A stretch of 64,000 nucleotides of DNA from NCBI GenBank assembly GCA_964016885.1, contig OZ024752.1, forward strand, positions 32,798,001 to 32,862,000, given 5' to 3'. The position numbers were made by a program, and so were the translations under genes. The notes under the pieces are model-generated. The model saw only the letters and a program-made list of their open reading frames with translations, ran no database searches and was not told the origin of the DNA. Position 1 is the stretch's first letter. Each line of letters starts with the position of its first letter. Shown piece by piece: positions 53,984 to 64,000 of this stretch. Origin of the DNA: Eledone cirrhosa. Its lineage: Eukaryota.

Positions 53984-54392
53984 GTGAATGTTTGTGAAGA
54001 AAACAAGCCTTATAAGCTTACAAGTGTTTCTAACTTCATGGTAATAATAGTATATTATCTTATCAAAAGAAATTTGAAAAATAAACAGCACAAATACATA
54101 GCAATAGATACCAAACAATGAATCTACAAAACGCTGGACTCCAGCTTCAATAACAACCATCAAATTTCAATAAAAGATGTACAAAACAGCTATTTGTAGA
54201 CTTGGATGGTTAGTATCTAAATAGTATCAAATAATTTATTGAAGGAAAACAAGACTTAAATTGAAACGAATAAAAAGTGGCATTTCTATTCTTTTGAAAC
54301 TTCTCAGAAATGAAATGTCACAGACACACTCTCATTCGCACTTACCTAGGCAACCGCCCTCGCCACATAGGCCTCCCACACGTGTGAATATA

Positions 54393-54432
<40 letters not shown>

Positions 54433-54598
54433 GTGTGTGTGGGCTGTCGTTTTTGCTTTGTTATTCCTCTTTAATGTTTGTGCATATATATATATATATA
54501 TTTAACTCAGTCGTTTGCTTTATTATTTCTCTTTAATGTTTGTGCACGCACACACACACATACGCACACACACATACACACACACACATATATATATA

Positions 54599-54658
<60 letters not shown>

Positions 54659-55128
54659 GTGTGTGTGTGACTGTGTGCGGGGGAGGTGTAAAAAAACTTA
54701 TTCTTGATGGAGAGTCTTGTATGAAAACATACTCGACGAGAACGATGACAAGAAGACAAAGAAACTAATTTTTATTTGTTCAATTTTTTACTTTCTATGT
54801 TATTGTTACCTGAATATAATCTCCAGTAAACAAACATATTGGACGATAGTTGTTTCAAATGAATAACACTCGATTTTTAAAGATGAGTAGAAAACAGAAA
54901 GGAAAAGATCTCCATAATTTCATATCATGTTATTTAAATATAACGCTAAAAAAAGTAACACAACAGCCCCCATATACACATATATACACACTTATACATA
55001 TAAGTAAGGAAAGGTGCAAACGTATACAAGCAAGGTACTTGCTAAACTTTAGCTGATCGTAAGTTCAAACCCTGTATGCATTAACTCGCAATAATCTTGT
55101 TGCAATATTCTCTGTTTCATTCATTATT

Positions 55129-55405
55129 TAAAGGGACGTAACTATGCTAGAAAGCATGGCGTCCAACCCTCTACCGATACTGCCAATCCACCGCCCTTGC
55201 ATATTTAAATAGAAACAATTATTTAAATATGTAAGGGCGGTGGATTGGCAGTATCGGTAGAGGGTTGGACGCCATGCTTTCTAGCATAGTTACGTCCCTT
55301 TACGGTTTGAGTTCAAATCCCGTCGAGGTTAACTTTGCCTTTCATCCTTACGGGGTCGATAAAATAAAGTACCAGTAATGTACTGAGTAATTGCTGACCT
55401 TGTAC
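55129..55405 (+). mobile_element. SINE A preceded by an 83-bp inverted duplication of its 5' half and flank
   Basis: Arms 55129-55211 and 55220-55302, 1 mismatch. Confidence 0.88.
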
Positions 55406-55714
55406 TTTTAACTTAAAAATTTGAATCTCACTGGAATTTATCTTTATTATGTGAACATAAAGTATGCTTCAACATTTTCTTCAAAAGGTGGTTGATGAGG
55501 AAGATCGATACTTTTGTTTGAGGTCTCTTGTTGTTGAGTTCAAGACTATTGTGCAGATTCGCTTAGCTAAACTGAAGGGAATGCTTGTCTGGGTGTGTTT
55601 TGGATGAGATGATGTAAACAATTTGTCGATCGTCTTTCATCAAATCGGACCGAGGAAACAATGTTTCCGTTGGTCTTTCCAATTGCTAATACTATCTATC
55701 GGTCGCAACTCCAG

Positions 55715-55840
55715 GTAGAAGGAGCAACGTGAAATAAAGTGTCTTGCTCAAGGACATAACGCATCGCCCGGCCCAGGAATCGAACTGACAACCTCATGAT
55801 TGCGATTCCAGTTCTCTAACCAATCAGCCACACGCCTTCA
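55715..55840 (-). mobile_element. tRNA-derived CORE-type SINE fragment (third family)
   Basis: Minus strand gaaggcgtgtggctgattggttaga...agttcgattcc...tgtccttgagcaagacactttatttcacgttgctcc: A/B boxes plus CORE-like ccttgagcaagacactt. Confidence 0.75.
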
Positions 55841-56397
55841 CTAGATGATGTAAAGACTACTACAACACCCTGTTACTACACTAAATATATTTATTATATT
55901 AAACTTTTGATATATATATCATATTAAATATATATATAATATTAAATATTTGGTTAAATTTGACCTTTGACCGTTGATGCTAAGATAACATCCACAAATA
56001 ATGTACACATCCCATAAATACGCGATTGATGATGTATAAATCTAATGGTCAAATGTGAAATATTAAATTCCTGCAATAAACCAATACAAATTCTGACAGC
56101 GAATATTTCATAAAATACATTTACCTAAAATAAAGGAGGCGGCAAACACTCGACTACACCCTACATCCTGATAATGAGACAGTGAAGATTTAGAAACATT
56201 GATTGTAGATTTATGAACTTTGCTATTCCAAACGAGCTGCAAAGTACTTACAAATAAGTAGGGGGGAAAACTCTGAAATCTGAAGAAAGGTTAACATTTG
56301 AACAGCCGTGTCTTTAATAATACATACATATTATACACACACACACGCCCCCATATATATATATATTTATTCGTGTGTATATATACATATATGTGTG

Positions 56398-56468
<71 letters not shown>

Positions 56469-56615
56469 TAAAAAATGACAACACAAACACAAGGATACAA
56501 AAACAAAGTTTTATTAGTATCACGCTTAGGAGGAAGTAGAGGAGGGCTCGGCGCTTGGTGTGTGTGTGTGTGTGTGTGTGTGAGTAGAATGAATTAGAGG
56601 AGGGTTCGACGCTTC

Positions 56616-56655
<40 letters not shown>

Positions 56656-56795
56656 GAAGCGTCGAACCCTCCTTTAATTCATTCTACATACACACATATA
56701 TATATGCACACAATGTATATATATATATATACACAATGTATATATATATATATACACAATATATGTATATATATATATATGTATATATATATATG

Positions 56796-56829
<34 letters not shown>

Positions 56830-56869
56830 TATACACAATATATGTATATATATATATATATATACACAA

Positions 56870-56949
<80 letters not shown>

Positions 56950-57304
56950 ATGTATGTGTGTATGTATATATGTATATATGTTTGTTCATTTTCTTTTCAA
57001 TAAAATTGTTGAATTCGATATAAACCAAGATTACATTGACCATTCTTTATTGAAAGTCTCTAGGCTATTTACTCTCTATTAGACTCTTTTACATAATATT
57101 TTTTCCTTTTTTATTCACTGTATTTTTTTCCTCCTTACACACAAAGCCTTCATTCATCTATAATACAATTCCGCTTGTCATGATGTGTCTTTGAGTGTTA
57201 TGTTTTCACAGCCTAATCTATGGAAGGAAATCGAAGGCAAAAAACGAAATATTAAACTATTAAACACAACCAAACATTTTTATCTTCTTTATAAAATGCT
57301 ATAT

Positions 57305-57878
57305 AGTCACAACATTAACTATGGTAGGAAATGAGAATCATAATCTAAATAATAAGAACACAGCAGATTTTCTCCAGAAAAAGGATAGAGAGAGAGAGAG
57401 AAAGAAAGTGAGCAAGAGATTTAGAAGTAGAAATGACCCCAGGACTACACTGGTATTTATTTCTTTATAGAGTACTACAGAGTCACAGCATTAAGTATGG
57501 TAGGAAATGTGAATCATAATCTAAATAATAAGAACACAGCAGATTTTCTCCAGAGAAGGAGAGAGAGAGCGAGAGAGAAAGAAAGTGAGCAAGAGATCTA
57601 GAAGTAGAATTGACCTCAGGACGACACTGGTATTTATTTATTTATAGAGTGTTACATAGTCACAGTATTAACTATGGTAGGAAATGTGAATCATAATCTA
57701 AATAATAAGAACACAGCAGATTTTCTCCAGAAAAAGGATAGAGAGAGCGAGAGAAAGAAAGTGAGCAAGAGATCTAGAAGTAGAATCGACCCCAGGACTA
57801 CACTGGTATTTATTTATAGAGTGCTACATATTCACAGTATTAAGTATGGTAGGAAATAAGAATCATAATCTAAATAAT
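57305..57878. repeat. About 175-bp tandem repeat, about 3.3 diverged copies
   Basis: taa(c/g)tatggtaggaaat starts at about 57316, 57491, 57669 and 57841. Confidence 0.92.
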
Positions 57879-57882
57879 ATGA

Positions 57883-58113
57883 TGGTTTCTGGTTTAGACA
57901 AAAGGCCAATAGTTTTTGTTTTTTTTTCGTGGGAGGGGGATATAGACTAAATCTACCCCAGTGTATTACTGGTACTTTATTTTATCGACCCTCGTAAGGA
58001 TGAAAGGCAAAATTAACCTCGGCGGGATTTGAACTCAGATCATAAAGGGCCGTAACTCTATGCTGCAACGCATGGCGTCCGACCCTCCACCGGTACTGCC
58101 AATCCACCGCCCC
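57883..58113 (-). mobile_element. SINE family A (longer-tail variant), with further fragments at 58135-58232
   Basis: Reverse complement of the family A consensus. Confidence 0.88.
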
Positions 58114-58230
58114 ATACAATTAAGAATGTAATGAAACGTAACTCTATGCCACAAAGCATGTTGACCGATGCTCTACCGATCCTGCCAGTCTACCTTCCTC
58201 TGAATAATATTTTCTGATTTAGCCACAAGG

Positions 58231-58288
58231 CTTCTTCTTCTTCTTCTTCTTCTTCTTCTTCTTCTTCTTCTTCTTCTTCTTCTTTTTC

Positions 58289-58323
<35 letters not shown>

Positions 58324-58630
58324 ATATCATCACCGCCACCACCATCACCATCACCATCCTCCTCCTCCACCATCATCACCATCACCATCACCATCATCAT
58401 CACCATCCTCAACTCCACCATCATCACCATCAACATCATCACCATCACCATCCTTCTGCTCCACTCCACCATCACCACCATCACCATCACCACCATCATC
58501 ATCACCATCACCATCACCACCATCACCATCAGCATCATCAGCATCATCACCATCACCATCACCACCATCATCAGCATCATCACCATCACCACCATCATCA
58601 TCACCATCACCATCACCACCATCACCATCC
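58231..58630. repeat. (CTT)n then compound (CAT/CAC)n microsatellite, probably the expanded tail of the adjacent RTE
   Basis: The repeat is directly visible; it reads (GAT/GGT)n on the minus strand immediately 3' of the RTE remnant. Confidence 0.85.
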
Positions 58631-58850
58631 CCTCCTCCACCGGCGGCCTCAGCCGAAATCGACTCAACAATTGATCTCCACGTGGGTCTGTCATTCATTG
58701 CCGTTGCCAAGTGCTGGATTTCACAATACCAGAATCTCTGGAGATGACATCGGGGTAGGGGAGCTTGTGTCCCCTGTTATTAGTGACTGCTTGTGGTTTC
58801 CAGAGCACTGATGGGGACACAGTCTCATAGGTGGCACCAAGATCAGACTC
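58631..58850 (-). mobile_element. RTE-like LINE ORF2 C-terminal remnant
   Basis: Minus translation with one frameshift: ETVSPSVLWKPQAVTNNRGHKLPYPDVISRDSGIVK/QHLATAMNDRPTWRSIVESISAEAA, matching E..S..LLW.P......Y.D.I..D.G....L..AM.DR..WR..V. Confidence 0.68.
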
Positions 58851-61615
58851 TTGTGGTTTCCAGAGCACTGATGGGGATACAGCCTCATAGGTGACACCAA
58901 GATCAGACTCTTGTGCTTTCCAGAGCACTGATGGGGACACAGCCTCATAGGTGACACCAAGATCAGACTATTGTGCTTTCCAGAGCACTGATGGGGACAC
59001 AGCCTCATAGGTGGCACCAAGATCAGACTCTTGTGGTTTCCAGAGCACTGATGGGGACACAGCCTCATAGGTGACACCAAGATCAGACTCTTGTGCTTTC
59101 CAGAGCACTGATGGGGACACAGCCTCATAGGTGACACCAAGATCAGACTATTGTGCTTTCCAGAGCACTGATGGGGACACAGCCTCATAGGTGGCACCAA
59201 GATCAGACTCTTGTGGTTTCCAGAGCACTGATGGGGACACAGCCTCATAGGTGACACCAAGATCAGACTCTTGTGCTTTCCAGAGCACTGATGGGGACAC
59301 AGCCTCATAGGTGACACCAAGATCAGACTATTGTGCTTTCCAGAGCACTGATGGGGACACAGCCTCATAGGTGGCACCAAGATCAGACTCTTGTGCTTTC
59401 CAGAGCACTGATGGGGACACAGCCTCATAGGTGGCACCAAGATCAGACTGCTTGTGGTTTCCAGAGCACTGATGCGGACACAGCCTCATAGGTGGCACCA
59501 AGATCAAACTCTTGTGGTTTCTAGAGCACTGATGGGGACACAGCCTCATAGGTGGCACCAAGATCAGACTCTTGTGCTTTCCAGAGCACTGATGCGGACA
59601 CAGCCTCATAGGTGGTACCAAGATCAGACTCTTGTGGTTTCCAGAGCACTGATGCGGACACAGCCTCATAGGTGACACCAAGATCAGACTCTTATGGTTT
59701 CCAGAGCACTGATGCGGACACAGCCTCATAGGTGACACCAAGATCAGACTCTTGTGCTTTCCAGAGCACTGATGCGGACACAGCCTCATAGGTGACACCA
59801 AGATCAGACTCTTGTGGTTTCCAGAGCACTGATGCGGACACAGCCTCATAGGTGACACCAAGATCAGACACTTGTGGTTTCCAGAGCACTGATGGGGACA
59901 CAGCCTCATAGGTGGCACCAAGATCAGACTCTTGTGCTTTCCAGAGCACTGATGCGGACACAGCCTCATAGGTGACACCAAGATCAGACTCTTGTGCTTT
60001 CCAGAGCACTGATGCGGACACAGCCTCATAGGTGGTACCAAGATCAGACTCTTGTGGTTTCCAGAGCACTGATGCGGACACAGCCTCATAGGTGGTACCA
60101 AAATCAGACTCTTGTGGTTTCCAGAGCATTGATGCGGACACAGCCTCATAGGTGACACCAAGATCAGACTCTTGTGCTTTCCAGAGCACTGATGCGGACA
60201 CAGCCTCATAGGTGGTACCAAGATCAGACTCTTGTGGTTTCCAGAGCACTGATGCGGACACAGCCTCATAGGTGGTACCAAAATCAGACTCTTGTGGTTT
60301 CCAGAGCATTGATGCGGACACAGCCTCATAGGTGACACCAAGATCAGACTCTTGTGCTTTCCAGAGCACTGATGCGGACACAGCCTCATAGGTGGTACCA
60401 AGATCAGACTCTTCTGGTTTCCAGAGCACTGATGCGGACACAACCTCATAGGTGGCACCAAGATCAGACTGCTTGTGGTTTCCAGAGCACTGATGGGGAC
60501 ACAGCCTCATAGGTGGCACCAAGATCAGACTCTTGTGGTTTCCAGAGCACTGATGGGGACACAGCCTCATAGGTGGCACCAAGATCAGACTGCTTGTGGT
60601 TTCCAGAGCACTGATGCGGACACAGCCTCATAGGTGGCACCAAGATCAAACTCTTGTGGTTTCCAGAGCACTGATGGGGACACAGCCTCATAGGTGGCAC
60701 CAAGATCAGACTCTTGTGCTTTCCAGAGCACTGATGCGGACACAGCCTCATAGGTGGTACCAAGATCAGACTCTTGTGGTTTCCAGAGCACTGATGCGGA
60801 CACAGCCTCATAGGTGACACCAAGATCAGACTCTTATGGTTTCCAGAGCACTGATGCGGACACAGCCTCATAGGTGACACCAAGATCAGACTCTTGTGCT
60901 TTCCAGAGCACTGATGCGGACACAGCCTCATAGGTGGTACCAAGATCAGACTCTTGTGGTTTCCAGAGCACTGATGCGGACACAGCCTCATAGGTGACAC
61001 CAAGATCAGACACTTGTGGTTTCCAGAGCACTGATGGGGACACAGCCTCATAGGTGGCACCAAGATCAGACTCTTGTGCTTTCCAGAACACTGATGCGGA
61101 CACAGCCTCATAGGTGACACCAAGATCAGACTCTTGTGCTTTCCAGAGCACTGATGCGGACACAGCCTCATAGGTGGTACCAAGATCAGACTCTTGTGGT
61201 TTCCAGAGCACTGATGCGGACACAGCCTCATAGGTGGTACCAAGATCAGACTCTTGTGGTTTCCAGAGCACTGATGCGGACACAGCCTCATAGGTGGAAC
61301 CAAAATCAGACTCTTGTGGTTTCCAGAGCACTGATGCGGACACAGCCTCATAGGTGGTACCAAAATCAGACTCTTGTGGTTTCCAGAGCACTGATGCGGA
61401 CACAGCCTCATAGGTGGTACCAAGATCAGACTCTTGTGGTTTCCAGAGCACTGATGCGGACACAGCCTCATAGGTGGTACCAAAATCAGACTCTTGTGGT
61501 TTCCAGAGCACTGATGCGGACACAGCCTCATAGGTGGTACCAAAATCAGACTCTTGTGGTTTCCAGAGCACTGATGGGGACACAGCCTCATAGGTGGTAC
61601 CAAGATCAGACTCTT
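58787..61615. repeat. 60-bp minisatellite, about 47 copies
   Basis: Unit cttgtggtttccagagcactgatg(g/c)ggacacagcctcataggtggcaccaagatcagact; three 61-bp variants at about 59450, 60471 and 60592. Confidence 0.98.
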
Positions 61616-61645
61616 CCAACCTTTCATCCAAACAACAAAAGCGCC

Positions 61646-61658
61646 TTGATGGCACCTA

Positions 61659-61708
<50 letters not shown>

Positions 61709-61720
61709 TGATGGCACCTA

Positions 61721-61793
<73 letters not shown>
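61646..61793. repeat. (CTA)n microsatellite with duplicated leader ttgatggcacctaca
   Basis: Directly visible. Confidence 0.9.
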
Positions 61794-61798
<5 letters not shown>

Positions 61799-61892
61799 AC
61801 ACACACACACATATATAGAGAGAGATATGAAAAAATCCCTATCGCGGTGCCAAACGTTTTCGGCTTGTGTGTGTATGTGTGTGTGTGTGTGC

Positions 61893-61981
<89 letters not shown>

Positions 61982-62229
61982 AACAATATATATATATAAC
62001 AAATATTTATATAACAAATATAACGTTTAATCTGGCAACAAGAATCTGTACAATTGTATCTAAATTTGAAAATTAAGATAAAAGACTTCAAGACTTAGAA
62101 GTAACATTTGATAGTAAGGGATTAGTACGTATCAAGGCGATAGAGTTACTAAAGCATACGACACTTCAGATACTCGAAATACTTTATATACTTCACATGT
62201 AACCATAGTCTCGTAACTTCTTAGGGAGT

Positions 62230-62540
62230 AGTAGTGGCGCCGCATTGACATACAGCGTTTCTATGACATGGTTTTAAAACCTGGCAGAGCTTATCTCCTC
62301 TCCAGGTCTGAATACAGCAGATTTCTTCCAGAGAAGGATAGAGAGTGAGAGAATGGAAGTGAGAAAGAGCTATAGAGGAAGAATCGACTCCAGTACTTGA
62401 CTGGTACTTTTTTTTTTATTGACCTCGAATGAACGAAAGGCAAAGTTAAACTCAGTGGGATTTGAACTCAGAGAATAAGAGCCGAAAGGTATAATGCAAA
62501 ACAGTCTAACCGACGTTCTAATGACTGCCAATTCGCTGCC
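62230..62540 (-). mobile_element. SINE family B, uninterrupted
   Basis: Homologous to 3592-3918. Confidence 0.85.
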
Positions 62541-62621
62541 TATTTGCTTCATATATCAATATAGAATCCACGAAATACAGAATCCTATAGCATTATCCAT
62601 TACCATTATCCATTATTCATT

Positions 62622-63215
62622 GTGGATTGGCAGTATCGGTAGAGGGTCGGACACCATGCTTTGACGCATAGAGTTACGGTCTTTGCCATTCCATTCTGAG
62701 TTCAAATCCCGCCGAGGTTAACTTTGCCTTTCATGCTTACGGGGTCGATAAAATAAAGTACCAGTAATGCACTGGTTAATTGCTGGCCTTGTGCCTAAAG
62801 TAGAAACAATTATCCATTATTCATTGTGGATTGGCAGTATCGGTAGAGGGTCGGACGCCATGCTTTGACGCATAGAGTTACGGCCCTTGCCATTCTGAGT
62901 TCAAATCCCTCCGAGGTTAACTTTGCCTTTCATCTTTACGAGGTCGATAAAATAAAGTACCAGTAATGCACTGGTTAATTGCTGGCCTTGTGCCTAAAGT
63001 AGAAACAATTATCCATTATTCATTGTGGATTGGCAGTATCGGTAGAGGGTCGGACGCCATGCTTTGACGCATAGAGTTACGGCCCTTGCCATTCTGAGTT
63101 CAAATCCCTCCGAGGTTAACTTTGCCTTTCATCTTTACGAGGTCGATAAAATAAAGTACCCGTAATACATTGAGGTAATTGCTGGCCTTGTGCCAAAAGT
63201 AGAAACAATTATTCA
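62622..63215 (+). mobile_element. Three head-to-tail SINE A copies (period about 200 bp)
   Basis: Each copy is preceded by attatccattattcattg; copies 2 and 3 share the private variants ccctccgagg and catctttacgagg. Confidence 0.93.
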
Positions 63216-63294
63216 TTATTCATTATTGAAGAAAGATCCAACAATGTAAAAGACACTCGAAGCTCACCAAATAATTATAAGTAAAAGACAATTA

Positions 63295-63625
63295 AAAAAA
63301 AACTGATTTAGGAAATCACTAATCAGCGCAAGTTCACTCGCTACCTCTGGTGTCCTTGGACCTAGAGCTACTTCCCTACTCACCACCATAGGTGCTGAGC
63401 TGGCGAGTCTCAGGTGTGAGCATCGCGAGATGGAATGGCTCTTCCAGCGCATCTCCCTTACCATCCTCCGGGGAAACGCCTCCTCTGTTCTATCCGCCGG
63501 GGATGTGGGGCGGCCAACTGGTGAGACCCCCTTTTGCTCATAATAGTTAATAGTGATAGATGGGGAAGGCGAGAGAGATGGAGGCGATGATAGTGGGAGT
63601 TCGACTCCTTTATTTGAACCTGGTG
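63295..63625 (+). mobile_element. CRE-like (restriction-like endonuclease) non-LTR retrotransposon 3' remnant
   Basis: Translation ATSGVLGPRATSLLTTIGAELASLRCEHREMEWLFQRISLTILRGNASSVLSAGDVGRPTGETPFCS*, with the L.QR.S..I.RGNA.SV motif of CRE-type RLE C-termini. Confidence 0.78.
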
Positions 63626-63656
63626 TACGTGTATGTGTATGGTTACCATTGGCAGT

Positions 63657-63865
63657 AGGACGGTGAATTGGCAGTATCGGTAGAGGGTCGGACGCCATGC
63701 TTTACATCAAAAGAGTTTCGGCCCTTTATGATCTGAGTTCAAATCCCGCCGAAGTTAACTTTGTCTTTCATCCTTACGGGGTCGATGAAATAAAGTACCA
63801 GTAATGTACTGGGTATTTGCTGGCCTTGTGCCAAAAGTAGAAACAATTATTATTATTATTATTTC
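63657..63865 (+). mobile_element. SINE family A with (TTA)n tail
   Basis: Matches the family A consensus. Confidence 0.9.
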
Positions 63866-63920
63866 CAATGAAGTACTCTGTATGTGAGTTTGAACTGAGC
63901 AGGGAAACAGTTAAAACATA

Positions 63921-63964
<44 letters not shown>

Positions 63965-63965
63965 T

Positions 63966-64000
<35 letters not shown>

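Noticed and set aside
58787-61615. CRISPR-like regular array or Cys/His repeat protein (MRLCPHQCSG...)
   Set aside because: Units are contiguous with no unique spacers and no cas genes; frames are broken by 61-bp units and stop variants.

Overview
Eukaryotic, AT-rich, repeat-dominated window with no intact host gene that I can support. The SINE families, RTE 3' ends and dense (TA)n/(CA)n/(GA)n microsatellites look like an octopus (coleoid cephalopod) genome; this is an inference from recalled repeat motifs. Nearly all long ORFs in the track are translations of tandem repeats. Contents: more than 20 tRNA-derived SINE copies from three families (several nested, tandemly amplified or inverted-duplicated); 3' remnants of non-LTR retroelements (a Penelope-like GIY-YIG, an L1/Tx1-like element with a 19-bp TSD, RTE and CRE-like pieces); hAT and Tc1/mariner MITEs; an 11-kb 19-bp satellite; several minisatellites; and a 200-N gap. 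The most interesting signal is a cluster of type I hammerhead ribozyme motifs at about 45-54 kb. Three of them lie about 40-50 nt from a (TA)n tract, and they co-occur with many near-perfect inverted repeats, consistent with Penelope-like elements targeting (TA)n. Two minisatellites appear to have arisen inside RTE LINE 3' ends. All calls were made by eye, with no alignment, folding or database search.
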